Shown one piece after another: positions 1-10,785 of a stretch of DNA of 64,000 nucleotides. A program made the translations under genes and the position numbers. The notes beneath the pieces were generated by a model. It was not told the DNA's origin. It was given only the letters and a program-made list of their open reading frames with translations, and did not search any database. Positions within the stretch are counted from its first letter, which is position 1; every line of letters begins with the position of its first letter. Source of the stretch: Tubiluchus corallicola (Eukaryota > Animalia > Priapulida); NCBI GenBank assembly GCA_030141605.1, contig JAQGDQ010002403.1:1-64000 (forward strand). Direction: 5' to 3'.

Positions 1-60
1 TAATCTTGGCACCTTCTTTTCAGTGCTTTTCCCCTCTATATTATAAACAGATAACTCCAT
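1..60 (-). CDS. rplD: 50S ribosomal protein L4, N-terminal fragment (runs off window)
   Basis: ATG at 60 overlaps the rplC stop (TAATG); reads [20 protein letters not shown]; expected S10-operon position. Confidence 0.85.
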   Translation of the reverse strand, partial: MELSVYNIEGKSTEKKVPRL

Positions 61-683
61 TATTTCTCAATTATTAAATAACTACCATTATGACCAGCCA
101 CAGCACCCTTTACCACCAATAAATTATTGTCAGACAAAATCTTTATAATCTCTAAATTTTGCATCTTTACTCTATTACCCCCAGTTCTTCCAGCCATTTT
201 CATTCCTTTAAAAACTCTTGCAGGGTAAGATGCTGCACCAATAGAACCGGGTGCTCTATTTCTATTATGCTGACCGTGAGTAGCGTCACCCACACCTGCA
301 AAACCATGCCGTTTTACTACACCTTGAAAACCTTTACCTTTAGATGTTCCAGCCACATCCACAAAAACACCTTCCTTGAACACATCATCTACTTTTACTT
401 CATCTCCCAATTTTAATTCTTTTTCAAAATCAAAAGAAAACTCAAATAGCTTCCTCTTAGGAGATGACTTTGCTTTCTTAAAATGCCCTAACAAAGGTTT
501 CGAAGTGTTTTTATCCTTTTTATCATCATAGCCAAGCTGCACTGCTTCATAACCATCCTTCTCCATAGTTTTCAGCTGAGTAACAATACAAGGACCCACC
601 TTTATTACCGTACAAGGTATGTTCCGCCCTTCCTCACTAAAAACAGACATCATTCCTATTTTCTTTCCTATTAAACCTGACAT
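60..683 (-). CDS. rplC: 50S ribosomal protein L3
   Basis: [38 protein letters not shown]. Confidence 0.98.
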   Translation of the reverse strand: MSGLIGKKIGMMSVFSEEGRNIPCTVIKVGPCIVTQLKTMEKDGYEAVQLGYDDKKDKNTSKPLLGHFKKAKSSPKRKLFEFSFDFEKELKLGDEVKVDDVFKEGVFVDVAGTSKGKGFQGVVKRHGFAGVGDATHGQHNRNRAPGSIGAASYPARVFKGMKMAGRTGGNRVKMQNLEIIKILSDNNLLVVKGAVAGHNGSYLIIEK

Positions 684-700
684 TTTTACCTTTTTTTATA

Positions 701-1015
701 TTAAACCTTTATTTCAACATCTACCCCACTTGGCAATTCTAATTTCATTAAAGCATCTACCGTTTTCGCAGAAGCAGTATTAGAGCTATAAATATCAATC
801 AATCGCTCGTAAGAACATAATTGAAACTGTTCGCGCGATTTTTTATTCACAAAAGTGGAACGAAGAACCGTGAAAATTCTCTTATTAGTAGGAAGAGGTA
901 TAGGACCACTTACTACTGCTCCCGACAGCTTTACTGTTTTCACTATCTTTTCCGACGACTTATCCACAAGATTGTGGTCATAAGACTTTAACTTAATACG
1001 AATTTTTTGACTCAT
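701..1015 (-). CDS. rpsJ: 30S ribosomal protein S10
   Basis: [35 protein letters not shown]. Confidence 0.98.
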   Translation of the reverse strand: MSQKIRIKLKSYDHNLVDKSSEKIVKTVKLSGAVVSGPIPLPTNKRIFTVLRSTFVNKKSREQFQLCSYERLIDIYSSNTASAKTVDALMKLELPSGVDVEIKV

Positions 1016-1028
1016 CTTTAATCTATAA

Positions 1029-3137
1029 TTATAATAACTCTACCTTGCCTTTTGCTTCTTCTACAACTTCTCTTGCCAACTGCTTAGGAACTTCTTCGTA
1101 ATGAGAAAACTCCATAGATGACGTAGCTCTACCAGAAGAAATTGTTCTCAATGTCGTCACATACCCAAACTGCTCCGCCAAAGGTACTTTTGCCTTCACA
1201 ACTCTAGCTCCTGTTTTAGAAGATTCCATCCCTTCTACTTGACCACGTCTTTTATTCAAATCCGATATTATATCACCCATATATTCCTCAGGTGTAACTA
1301 CTTCTAACTTCATCATTGGTTCTAACAGAATAGGTTTCGCTTTCATACAAGCACTTTTAAATGCCAAGCCACCAGCTATTTCAAATGATAGCTGATCAGA
1401 ATCCACAGGATGGAAAGAACCGTCAAACAAAGTAACCTTCAAACTATCTACCTTAAACCCAGCCAAAACACCATTTTTCATAGCCTCCTCTATACCCTTC
1501 TTTACAGAAGGAATATACTCCCTAGGAATATTACCTCCTTTAATCTTATCAACGAACTCCAATCCTTCTTTATCTTTATCAGCAGGGCCTAATACCAATT
1601 GTACATCAGCAAATTTACCACGACCACCTGATTGTTTTTTAAATAGCTCACGATGCTCTACCTCAGAAGTAACAGCTTCCTTATATGCTACTTGAGGTTT
1701 ACCTTGATTACATTCTACCTTAAATTCACGTCTCAACCTATCAATCAAAATATCGAGGTGTAATTCCCCCATACCACTTATAATTGTTTGCCCAGATTCT
1801 TCGTCCGTTTTCACCCTAAAAGTAGGGTCTTCTTCTGCCAGCTTTATCAGTCCTGCGTTTAACTTATCAATATCCACCTGAGACTTAGGCTCAATAGCAA
1901 TACCAATTACAGGCTCTGGGAAAGTCATAGACTCCAATAGAATGGGTTTGTTCTCCACACAAAGTGTATCTCCAGTTTTAATATCCTTAAAACCTACACC
2001 TGCACAAATATCTCCTGCACCAATCGCCTCCTTAGGATTTTGTTTATTAGAATGCATCTGATACAAACGAGAAATTCGTTCTTTTTTACCAGTCCTCGTA
2101 TTCAAAACATACGAACCTGCCTCCAACTTGCCCGAATATACCCTCATAAAAGCTAATCTACCTACAAATGGGTCAGTAGCAATTTTAAAAGCTAAAGCTG
2201 ACAAAGGTTCTTTTTCATCAGGTTGTCTCACTACCTTCTCATTCTCATCAGAAGGCAAAGTACCTACAGTTTCACCTATATCCAAGGGTGAAGGTAAAAA
2301 AGCACATACAGCATCCAACAAGCGCTGAACGCCTTTATTCTTAAAAGATGAACCCGGCATAATAGGAACTATTCTCATTTCAACAGTAGATTTTCTAATA
2401 GCCTCTAATAATTCATCTTCGGTAATAGCATTAGGGTCGTCAAAAAACTTTTCCAATAACACATCATCTGACTCTGCAGCTGCTTCTATCAACTCACCTC
2501 TCCACTTTTCAGCTTCTTCTTTCAGCTCTGCAGGTATATCTACCACCTGAATATCCTTACCCAAATCATCGTTGTATATAATAGCCTTATTAACAACAAG
2601 GTCTATAATGCCTCTAAAATTCTCCTCCGAACCAATAGGAATGCAGAAAGGAACAGGTTTTGCTCCTAGCACTTCTTTAATTTGTTTTACCACCTCAAAA
2701 AAGTCCGCACCTGATCTATCCATCTTATTCACATAAGCAATACGAGGCACACCATATTTTTCTGCCTGTCTCCATACTGTTTCTGATTGTGGCTCAACTC
2801 CCCCTACTGCACAAAACGTAGCCACAGCACCATCCAGCACCCTCAGCGAACGTTCTACCTCTACAGTAAAATCAACGTGCCCTGGTGTATCAATTATATT
2901 TATTTTATACTCTTTATCTTTATATTTCCAAAAAGTAGTTGTAGCAGCAGATGTAATTGTAATACCTCTCTCTTGTTCTTGTTCCATCCAATCCATCGTA
3001 GCAGCACCATCGTGAACCTCTCCTATTTTATGAGTCAGACCTGTATAAAAAAGTATTCGCTCCGTAGTTGTAGTTTTTCCTGCATCCACATGAGCCATTA
3101 TACCAATATTTCTCCTATTCTTTAATTTATCTGACAT
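1029..3137 (-). CDS. fusA: Elongation factor G
   Basis: [27 protein letters not shown]; 702 aa; str operon. Confidence 0.98.
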   Translation of the reverse strand: MSDKLKNRRNIGIMAHVDAGKTTTTERILFYTGLTHKIGEVHDGAATMDWMEQEQERGITITSAATTTFWKYKDKEYKINIIDTPGHVDFTVEVERSLRVLDGAVATFCAVGGVEPQSETVWRQAEKYGVPRIAYVNKMDRSGADFFEVVKQIKEVLGAKPVPFCIPIGSEENFRGIIDLVVNKAIIYNDDLGKDIQVVDIPAELKEEAEKWRGELIEAAAESDDVLLEKFFDDPNAITEDELLEAIRKSTVEMRIVPIMPGSSFKNKGVQRLLDAVCAFLPSPLDIGETVGTLPSDENEKVVRQPDEKEPLSALAFKIATDPFVGRLAFMRVYSGKLEAGSYVLNTRTGKKERISRLYQMHSNKQNPKEAIGAGDICAGVGFKDIKTGDTLCVENKPILLESMTFPEPVIGIAIEPKSQVDIDKLNAGLIKLAEEDPTFRVKTDEESGQTIISGMGELHLDILIDRLRREFKVECNQGKPQVAYKEAVTSEVEHRELFKKQSGGRGKFADVQLVLGPADKDKEGLEFVDKIKGGNIPREYIPSVKKGIEEAMKNGVLAGFKVDSLKVTLFDGSFHPVDSDQLSFEIAGGLAFKSACMKAKPILLEPMMKLEVVTPEEYMGDIISDLNKRRGQVEGMESSKTGARVVKAKVPLAEQFGYVTTLRTISSGRATSSMEFSHYEEVPKQLAREVVEEAKGKVELL

Positions 3138-3169
3138 TTCTCTTCTATAAATATTATATATTTTATATA

Positions 3170-3646
3170 TTAAAATCTAAAATGAGCAAAAGCACGGTTT
3201 GCTTCCGCCATTCTGTGCATTTCTTCTTTCTTCTTAAAAGCTGCTCCTTCCTTATTATAAGCTGCTAATATTTCTGCTGATAGTTTATTACTCATTGATT
3301 TTCCACTCCTTTTTCTTGCAAAAGCAATGATGCTTTTCATACTCACGGACAATTTGCGCTCAGGTCTTATTTCTCTTGGCACTTGAAAAGTTGCCCCCCC
3401 TATTCTTCTACTTTTTACTTCTACAGAAGGAGTTACATTTTCTAAAGCCTTTTTCCATAATTCTATACTAGAAATACCCTCTTCCTTAGCTTTATCTTTT
3501 ATAAGCTCCATAGAATCGTAAAACACTTTAAAAGCTGTACTTTTCTTGCCTGCCAACATCATATTATTCACAAAAGCAGTAACTATAGTATCGTTATACT
3601 TAGGGTCTGCTAATATAGGTTTCTTTTTGGGAGTCGTCTTTCTCAT
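3170..3646 (-). CDS. rpsG: 30S ribosomal protein S7
   Basis: [30 protein letters not shown]. Confidence 0.98.
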   Translation of the reverse strand: MRKTTPKKKPILADPKYNDTIVTAFVNNMMLAGKKSTAFKVFYDSMELIKDKAKEEGISSIELWKKALENVTPSVEVKSRRIGGATFQVPREIRPERKLSVSMKSIIAFARKRSGKSMSNKLSAEILAAYNKEGAAFKKKEEMHRMAEANRAFAHFRF

Positions 3647-3679
3647 TACGAAATATTATTATAATATGCTTAGTTCTTA

Positions 3680-4054
3680 CTATTTCTTTGGCCTTTTAGC
3701 ACCATACTTAGACCTACGTTGTGTACGTCCCTCTACACCCGAAGCATCTAATGTGCCACGCACCAGATGATATCTTACTCCGGGAAGATCTTTCACCCTA
3801 CCACCTCTTACTAAGACTATGGAGTGTTCTTGTAAATTGTGTCCTTCTCCCGGTATATAAACGTTCACTTCCTTGCCATTGGTCAATCTTACTCTTGCCA
3901 CCTTTCTCATTGCTGAGTTAGGTTTTTTAGGCGTAGTAGTATATACTTTTACGCACACTCCTCTTCTCTGTGGACAAGCACTTAATGCTGGAGACTTGCT
4001 TTTGTCCTGTTGTTTCACCCTTCCTTTTCTTACTAACTGCTGTATCGTAGGCAT
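3680..4054 (-). CDS. rpsL: 30S ribosomal protein S12
   Basis: [30 protein letters not shown]. Confidence 0.99.
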   Translation of the reverse strand: MPTIQQLVRKGRVKQQDKSKSPALSACPQRRGVCVKVYTTTPKKPNSAMRKVARVRLTNGKEVNVYIPGEGHNLQEHSIVLVRGGRVKDLPGVRYHLVRGTLDASGVEGRTQRRSKYGAKRPKK

Positions 4055-4111
4055 ATAATACTTATTTTCTTATAAATTTCATTAAATAAAATATTTTCAA
4101 AAATCGGACTG

Positions 4112-4119
4112 CAAAGATA
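4112..4119 (-). promoter_or_regulatory. Bacteroidota sigmaA -7 box (TATCTTTG) of the str/S10 operon
   Basis: Exact TAnnTTTG match about 60 nt upstream of rpsL, with TTG/TTTG elements further upstream. Confidence 0.75.
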
Positions 4120-4315
4120 TTTTTTTATTTTAAAACAAACAACTTTTTATTCTTAAAATAAATAAAAAATATCTCTTTACTCAAAAAACACAACACCTAT
4201 ACACCCAGCAAATATGCTTATAATCATAGTGTTTTAATTTTTTATTTCTACTATTTTAATTTAAAACTAATATAACTTTGAATAAGTGTGCTGATTGATT
4301 TTTTTCTTTTTTTAA

Positions 4316-4414
4316 TCAAAAAAACTTGGATTTAAGCAGATAGCCAACCCACCAGCTCACCCCCATAATTACAAAAATCAATACTAGATAATTCGCAACC
4401 CTATTTCTCCTCAT
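4316..4414 (-). CDS. Putative 32-aa single-TM small protein (not in ORF track)
   Basis: MRRNRVANYLVLIFVIMGVSWWVGYLLKSKFF*; TAATTTTG box at 4437-4430 and an A-rich leader. Confidence 0.5.
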   Translation of the reverse strand: MRRNRVANYLVLIFVIMGVSWWVGYLLKSKFF

Positions 4415-4565
4415 TTTAATAACTTATTGCAAAATTAAGAAAATAATGGGAATTATGTACTATTAAAAAATTTAAATTAACATTGAACTGACAAGTCGTA
4501 GTCTATCACTATAATATTAATTTGAATATATTTTTGTTTTCTTTGCATTAAACAAAAAAAGAAAT

Positions 4566-6074
4566 ATGTACAACAAAGTAAGAGTTCGCTTTGCTCCAAG
4601 CCCCACAGGAGCATTACACATAGGAGGAGTAAGAACAGCCTTGTTCAATTATTTGTTTGCCAAAAAGAACAATGGCACGTTTATTTTAAGAATAGAAGAT
4701 ACTGACCAAACACGCTACATTTCTGAATCCGAAGACTATATTGTAAAATCTCTACAATGGTGTGGTATCAAAATAGACGAGGGATATAAAGTAGGAGGCA
4801 GTTTTGCCCCCTACAAACAGTCAGAGCGAAAAAACCTATACAAACAATATGCTAATCAACTTATAGAAAATGGAAGCGCTTATTATGCTTTCGATACTCC
4901 ACAAGAGTTGGACGCATTGCGAAACACACAGCCCAATTTTACTTATAATGCAAAAATGCGGAACAAATTGAAAAACTCTATTTGTTTGCCAAAAGATGAA
5001 GTCGAAAAACTTATAGACAACAATACTCCCTACGTCATCAGATTTAAAATACCTGAAAATCAACAGATTACATTTGCTGACAGTATACGAGGAAAAATTA
5101 GCTTCAATACTTCTGAATTGGATGATAAAATTATTTTCAAATCAGATGGACTGCCCACCTATCACCTTGCTAATATAGTAGATGACCATTTGATGCAAAT
5201 TAGCCACGTGATAAGAGGCGAAGAGTGGTTGCCTTCTACTCCACTTCACCTATTGTTGTATAAAGCTCTAAGCTGGCAAGCACCTCAATATGCTCACCTA
5301 CCTTTGATATTGAAGCCCAGTGGAAAGGGAAAACTAAGTAAAAGGGATGGCGATCAGCTAGGATTTCCTGTATTTCCTTTGGAATGGACTGACCCCAAGT
5401 CAAAAGAAAAATCTAGCGGATATAAAGAAACGGGTTACCTTCCTGATGCTTTTATCAATATGCTTGTATTGCTGGGCTGGAATTCTGGCACTGAACAAGA
5501 GCTCTTTTCAATGGAAGAACTAATTGAGCAGTTTTCTTTGGAAAATATTAATAAAGCAGGTGCTAGATTTGACTTTAAAAAAGCCTTGTGGTTCAACCAT
5601 CAATACTTGCAAAAATTACCTAACTCAAAACTTACTATTCAACTACAACAGATACTTGGTGAAAAAAAATTGAGTTTTAAAAATGATTATGTTGAAACGG
5701 TATGCAACCTTGTAAAGGATCGCCTTAATTTTACCCACGAACTATGGCAACATAGTCATTACTTTTTTACTCCGCCTACAGAATATGATAAAAAAACAGT
5801 AAAAAAAAGGTGGAAAGAGAATACCCCTAACAATATGACGAAACTTGTTGAGGTTCTTCAAGATATAAAAGATTGGCAGGCTCAAACTTTGGAGATTGCC
5901 TTCAAAAAATATATAGAGGAACATCAGCTTAGCCTTGGGCAGATGATGAATGCCTTGCGTCTTACAATAGTTGGGACTACTACTGGTGTAGGGCTTTTTG
6001 ATATTTTATATCTTATAGGCAAAGACGAAACCATCAAACGTATACAAATAGCAGTAAGCAATATAAAAAAGTAA
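4566..6074 (+). CDS. gltX: Glutamate--tRNA ligase
   Basis: RFAPSPTG-HIGG, LRIEDTD, KLSKR. Confidence 0.97.
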   Translation: MYNKVRVRFAPSPTGALHIGGVRTALFNYLFAKKNNGTFILRIEDTDQTRYISESEDYIVKSLQWCGIKIDEGYKVGGSFAPYKQSERKNLYKQYANQLIENGSAYYAFDTPQELDALRNTQPNFTYNAKMRNKLKNSICLPKDEVEKLIDNNTPYVIRFKIPENQQITFADSIRGKISFNTSELDDKIIFKSDGLPTYHLANIVDDHLMQISHVIRGEEWLPSTPLHLLLYKALSWQAPQYAHLPLILKPSGKGKLSKRDGDQLGFPVFPLEWTDPKSKEKSSGYKETGYLPDAFINMLVLLGWNSGTEQELFSMEELIEQFSLENINKAGARFDFKKALWFNHQYLQKLPNSKLTIQLQQILGEKKLSFKNDYVETVCNLVKDRLNFTHELWQHSHYFFTPPTEYDKKTVKKRWKENTPNNMTKLVEVLQDIKDWQAQTLEIAFKKYIEEHQLSLGQMMNALRLTIVGTTTGVGLFDILYLIGKDETIKRIQIAVSNIKK

Positions 6075-6092
6075 AATAATTATATTTGTAGA

Positions 6093-6746
6093 ATGAACAT
6101 AAAAAATTCACTGAAAAAAATATCAATCTTTCTACTAATTTCAATCCTATTAGCATCTCTATCTATCATAGTTATAGATTATTGGGTAACCTATACTACC
6201 AAAAACAAAACCTATACCTCTACTTCAAATATACCTCACAACAAAGTAGGGCTATTACTTGGTACTGCTAAATATTTTGTAAAAGGGCATATCAACAATT
6301 ATTACCAATACAGAATAGATGCAGCAGTAGAACTATTCAAAGCAGGAAAAATAGATTATATACTTATCAGTGGAGACAACAGAACTACAAAATACAACGA
6401 ACCTATTACTATGAAAAAAGACCTTGTAGAAATAGGAATACCCGCAAATAAAATATACTTAGACTATGCAGGTTTTCGTACCTTAGATTCTGTTATTAGG
6501 TCTCAACAAATATTTGGGCAAAACAACCTTACCATTATAAGCCAACCTTTTCACAACCAAAGAGCCATATATATAGCCCAAAGAAAAAACATCAACGCCA
6601 TTGGGTACAATGCTAAAGAAGTAGTAACCTCACACTATGTTTACAAAACAATAATAAGAGAAAAATTTGCTCGTACCAAAATGCTTTTTGACCTTATATT
6701 TAACACCACACCCAAACATTTGGGAGAAACTATAGAAATAAACTAA
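6093..6746 (+). CDS. sanA: SanA/YdcF (DUF218) family membrane-anchored protein
   Basis: N-terminal TM, ILISGDN, YNEP, DYAGFRTLDS, SQPFHNQRA. Confidence 0.85.
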   Translation: MNIKNSLKKISIFLLISILLASLSIIVIDYWVTYTTKNKTYTSTSNIPHNKVGLLLGTAKYFVKGHINNYYQYRIDAAVELFKAGKIDYILISGDNRTTKYNEPITMKKDLVEIGIPANKIYLDYAGFRTLDSVIRSQQIFGQNNLTIISQPFHNQRAIYIAQRKNINAIGYNAKEVVTSHYVYKTIIREKFARTKMLFDLIFNTTPKHLGETIEIN

Positions 6747-6808
6747 GAATAGAAAGCCAAATAATTTCTAAATTTGCACCTACTAACAACTAATAAAACT
6801 ACAACAAA

Positions 6809-7849
6809 ATGGAAAAAAGAAAAATAGGGAATAGCGACCTTAATGTATCCAAAATATGTCTTGGAACAATGACATGGGGACAGCAAAATACAGAGGAAGA
6901 TGCTCATCGGCAAATGGATATGGCTTTATCCCACGGGATTAACTTTATAGATACGGCAGAAGTATATGCAGTACCTGTTGACCCTGAAACTTCTGGACTG
7001 ACGGAACAATATATTGGAAGTTGGTTGAAAAAAACTAACAACCGAAGTAAAGTAATCATTGCCAGCAAAATAGTAGGAAAAGGCTTTTTACATATACGCA
7101 ATGCTGAAGGCTTCACTCCACAAGGTATTAAAGATGCAGTAGAAGGTAGCCTCAAAAGATTGCAAACTGACTATATAGACCTGTATCAGCTGCATTGGCC
7201 ACAAAGAGATGTAAATAAATTTGGACAATTGGACTATAAGCCAGAAATGGCACAAACCATCGACCACATTGAAGAAACACTTACTGCCCTTGCCGAAGAG
7301 GTAAAAAGAGGAACGATACGCTACGTAGGCCTATCCAACGAAACTCCTTGGGGAGTAATGAAATTCATAGAACACGCTAAAAACAAAAAGAAGTATCCTT
7401 ATATTATCAGTGTGCAAAATGCTTACAATCTTATCAACCGCATCCCTGATATACATCTTACCGAAACTTTAATGCGCGAAGATATAGGTTTCTTACCCTA
7501 CTCCCCTCTTGCAGGAGGACTACTCTCAGGAAAGTACAGAGGAGGGAAAAAACCTGCTGGTGCAAGATTTTCTACTTGGGGAGAACAAATAATGCCAAGG
7601 TATGTAAACAAAAAAAGTGAGCAAGCCATAGAATCCTACTGCCAAGTAGCAGAAAAGCACGAACTATCACCTACACAAATGGCTCTTGCTTTTGTAAACG
7701 ATAGAGCCTTTACATCTTCTAACATCATAGGTGCAACTACATTAGAACAGCTTAAAGAGTGTATAGAGTCAGCCTATGTGAAACTTAGTGATGAAGTGTT
7801 GGAAGACATAGAGAAAGTGCATTTTGAACAACCCAATACATCAGCTTAA
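6809..7849 (+). CDS. tas: NADP(H)-dependent aldo-keto reductase (Tas-like)
   Basis: LGTMTWG, DTAEVY, DLYQLHWP, GLSNETPWG, YSPLAGG. Confidence 0.85.
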   Translation: MEKRKIGNSDLNVSKICLGTMTWGQQNTEEDAHRQMDMALSHGINFIDTAEVYAVPVDPETSGLTEQYIGSWLKKTNNRSKVIIASKIVGKGFLHIRNAEGFTPQGIKDAVEGSLKRLQTDYIDLYQLHWPQRDVNKFGQLDYKPEMAQTIDHIEETLTALAEEVKRGTIRYVGLSNETPWGVMKFIEHAKNKKKYPYIISVQNAYNLINRIPDIHLTETLMREDIGFLPYSPLAGGLLSGKYRGGKKPAGARFSTWGEQIMPRYVNKKSEQAIESYCQVAEKHELSPTQMALAFVNDRAFTSSNIIGATTLEQLKECIESAYVKLSDEVLEDIEKVHFEQPNTSA

Positions 7850-7870
7850 ATTTGGTTTAAAGCAGGTAAA

Positions 7871-7902
7871 AAAAGGGATAAGTAAAAGTGCTTGTCCCTT
7901 TT
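7871..7902 (+). terminator. Intrinsic terminator after tas
   Basis: AAAAGGGATAAGTA-AAAG-TGCTTGTCCCTTTT stem followed by T-rich tail. Confidence 0.75.
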
Positions 7903-8035
7903 CTTTTTCTCAATTTTCATATAAGACAAATATAAAATCCTTACCTTTGTGTATTATCTCCTGCAATATGGAGAATTTTTAGATAGAGACAAAATAGCTA
8001 TTTGCCTCTAAAATGAAATGTTAAATATAAATAAG

Positions 8036-9247
8036 ATGCCACAAATATCACGACGCGGAAATACAATGCCTCAATCGCCTATTAGAAAGCTCGTGCCATT
8101 CGAAGAAAAAGCACGTGAGAAAGGCATTACTATATACAACCTTAATATAGGACAACCAGATATACACTCCTCTGATATAGCTCTCAAAGCTGTTAAGGAA
8201 AATCATCTGGATGTCATAAAATACAGTCCATCGGCAGGAGAGCTATCTTACCGCAAAAAACTCACTCAATATTACGAGAGAAAAGGTATTAATATCACTC
8301 CTGATGATATTATTGTAACCACAGGAGCTTCTGAGGCTATTATTTTTGCTTTTATGTCCTGCCTCAATCACGGGGAAGAAATTATTATTCCTGAACCTTT
8401 TTATTCCAATTTCAACAGCTTTGCTATCACAGCAGGGGTCAATGTAAAGCCTATTACTTCTACCATAGAGAATAATTTTGCATTGCCTCCTATTAGCGAG
8501 TTCGAGAAACTTATTACCAGCAATACTAAGGGAATAGTTATTTGCAATCCTAACAACCCTACAGGCTATTTGTATTCTCAAGAAGAGTTGGAGCAGCTGC
8601 GACAAATAGTAAAAAAATACGACCTCTATCTTTTTGCTGATGAGGTATATAGGGAGTTTTGCTATACTGATGCTCCTCATCATTCGATGATGAACCTTAA
8701 AGAGATAGAACAAAATGTTATACTTTTTGATTCGCTCTCTAAGCGATATAGTGCTTGTGGTGTTCGTGTTGGAGCCTTAATTACCAAAAACAAAGAAGTC
8801 ATCAACACAGCCATCAAATATGCACAAGCACGTCTTAGTCCACCTACCTATGGGCAGGTGTTTGGCGAAGCAGCTATTGATACTCCTGATGAATATTTCA
8901 AAGAAGTAAGGCAAGATTATATACGCAGAAGAGACCTTGTGGTAAAGGAACTCAACAAGATGGAAGGCGTATATTGCCCTACACCACAAGGGGCTTTTTA
9001 CGTCATAGCCAAATTACCAATAGACAACTCTGATAAGTTCTGCAAGTGGTTGCTTAGCGACTTTCAATACAACAACCAAACTGTGATGCTGGCACCTGCC
9101 ACAGGTTTCTACTCTACCAAAAAACTGGGTAAAAATGAAGTGCGTATTGCCTACGTTCTCAACACCCAAGAGTTAGAAAAAGCATTGGAGGTGCTAAAAG
9201 AAGCATTGAAGGTGTATAATAGTGGAGAGCCTAACAACATACAGTAA
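8036..9247 (+). CDS. PLP-dependent aminotransferase class I/II (aspartate aminotransferase-like)
   Basis: LNIGQPD, NPNNPTG, DEVY, SLSKRYSACGVRVG; start placed at the second ATG (ORF track starts 8018). Confidence 0.9.
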   Translation: MPQISRRGNTMPQSPIRKLVPFEEKAREKGITIYNLNIGQPDIHSSDIALKAVKENHLDVIKYSPSAGELSYRKKLTQYYERKGINITPDDIIVTTGASEAIIFAFMSCLNHGEEIIIPEPFYSNFNSFAITAGVNVKPITSTIENNFALPPISEFEKLITSNTKGIVICNPNNPTGYLYSQEELEQLRQIVKKYDLYLFADEVYREFCYTDAPHHSMMNLKEIEQNVILFDSLSKRYSACGVRVGALITKNKEVINTAIKYAQARLSPPTYGQVFGEAAIDTPDEYFKEVRQDYIRRRDLVVKELNKMEGVYCPTPQGAFYVIAKLPIDNSDKFCKWLLSDFQYNNQTVMLAPATGFYSTKKLGKNEVRIAYVLNTQELEKALEVLKEALKVYNSGEPNNIQ

Positions 9248-9273
9248 TGTTGCTCTCCTCCTTTTCGAGGGGC

Positions 9274-10554
9274 TTATGTTTTCGTAGAGGCTTTTAAGGT
9301 ATCTAATATGTCGCGTAGCAGGTCGACTGGTGTGTCTTCTTCGTCCTTGCTAGTGGTGGCTTCGGATTTTATTACTATCAAGCCATTTATTACTTTGTCC
9401 AATACGTCATTGATACGTTCACGAGCTTCTTTATCAGTAGGTGAAAGAGTATTGATGGCTTGCATCGTACCACTAATATTGTCTATATATCTTTTTTTCT
9501 CATTGAGTCTTATAATTGTTTTTCGGCTGCGATTGGCTTGGGTTATAAATACACCCAACAAAGACATCATTAGCAAAACAGGAGCAACAAGAGCTACCAA
9601 TAAAGTAAAATCAGCTTTTTCTTTCAACGTGCTTGATGTGTTCTCGTAAGTGCAAAACTCAAAAACAATAATACAAAGCAAAGCAACAAGAGCAAGACCT
9701 ATATACGAGCAAAACAATTTTTTGTATTTCTTTATTTCCCCTGCTATATATTCGTTAGGTTTGTCTAATTCTTCTATAGCATTTTTTATATCTTCCGTTG
9801 TTTGCTCTTTGGCTTTTTGCTCTTCTTCTAATAGTTTTTGGGTAGTCTCCAGCTCTTTTTCTATTCTTTCTTTCTCCTCACTGTTTTCTTTTGCTTTTTT
9901 TAGCTTCTCTTTTAGTTCCTCTATCCCACTTTCTAATTCCTTCTCGCTTTTAAAAGACACTTTACCCACAGATAACCCTATGGCCCTATCTACATTTCCT
10001 GCCAGTTTCAATTGTTCTGTAAAAATTTTAGCTTTTCTGAGGTCAGATCCATTGAGGTCGGATCCTCTAAGGTTGGCTTCACTGAGGTCAGATCCTCTGA
10101 GGTCAGCTTCACTGAGGTCAGCTTCACTGAGGTCGGCTCCAATGAGATTGGCTATATTGAGATTAACTCCTCTGAGGTTAGCAAAACTGAAAATGGCTTT
10201 TTTGAGGCCAGCTCCTTTGAGGCTGGCTCCTCTAAGGTTGGCTCCTCTGAGGTCGGCTCCACTGAGGTCAGCTTCACTGAGATCAGCTTCATTGAGCTTG
10301 GCTTCACTGAGGTCGGCTCTACTGAGATCAGCTTTATAGAGATTAGCTTCACTGAGATTAGCTTCTTTGAGATTGGCTCCACGAAGGTTAACTTCATAGA
10401 GGTTGGCTGCACTGAGGTTGGCTTCGCTGAGATCAGCTTCACTGAGGTCGGCTCGGTTACCTTTTTGTCCTACACTTTTTAGCCACAGCTGGTGGTCGTC
10501 CAATATCTTTTTTAGTTCGGCTTTAGTAAGTTTTCTTAGGGGGGTTTTTCTCAT
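9274..10554 (-). CDS. Pentapeptide-repeat protein with coiled coil and two TM helices
   Basis: About 29 A(D/N)Lxx repeats (aa 35-179), K/E-rich coiled coil, two hydrophobic helices, helical C-terminus. Confidence 0.9.
   Translation of the reverse strand: MRKTPLRKLTKAELKKILDDHQLWLKSVGQKGNRADLSEADLSEANLSAANLYEVNLRGANLKEANLSEANLYKADLSRADLSEAKLNEADLSEADLSGADLRGANLRGASLKGAGLKKAIFSFANLRGVNLNIANLIGADLSEADLSEADLRGSDLSEANLRGSDLNGSDLRKAKIFTEQLKLAGNVDRAIGLSVGKVSFKSEKELESGIEELKEKLKKAKENSEEKERIEKELETTQKLLEEEQKAKEQTTEDIKNAIEELDKPNEYIAGEIKKYKKLFCSYIGLALVALLCIIVFEFCTYENTSSTLKEKADFTLLVALVAPVLLMMSLLGVFITQANRSRKTIIRLNEKKRYIDNISGTMQAINTLSPTDKEARERINDVLDKVINGLIVIKSEATTSKDEEDTPVDLLRDILDTLKASTKT
10018..10452 (-). 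repeat. Degenerate 15-bp coding tandem repeat (about 29 units)
   Basis: Recurrent ACTGAGGTCAGCTTC-like units on the + strand encode the pentapeptides. Confidence 0.9.
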
Positions 10555-10785
10555 AGCATTGTCAGGTAAAAGATTGAAAGAGTAAAGATAAAAAAATTAA
10601 AACTAAGTAACCTCATTTATAATATACTATTTTTTTGCTATCATCTCTTCGTAGCAAGATAAAGTATTGTTACAATTAATTACATTCCCAACAAATCAAA
10701 AATAGGGTTGAGCATATATAACATTTTCTTTGTTAAATCTTCATTTTTTCTTACCTTTGCGTCCCAAAGTAAAGGTATATAAACA

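Noticed and set aside
1016-1028. Absence of tuf between fusA and rpsJ
   Set aside because: Normal for Bacteroidota
10018-10452. CRISPR-like periodicity
   Set aside because: Contiguous 15-bp units with no spacers, in frame within a protein; no cas genes
9308-10585. Long plus-strand and alternate-frame ORFs (9308-9649, 9650-10339, 10012-10482, 10152-10442)
   Set aside because: Shadows of the 15-bp coding repeat and coiled coil, which lack stops in other frames
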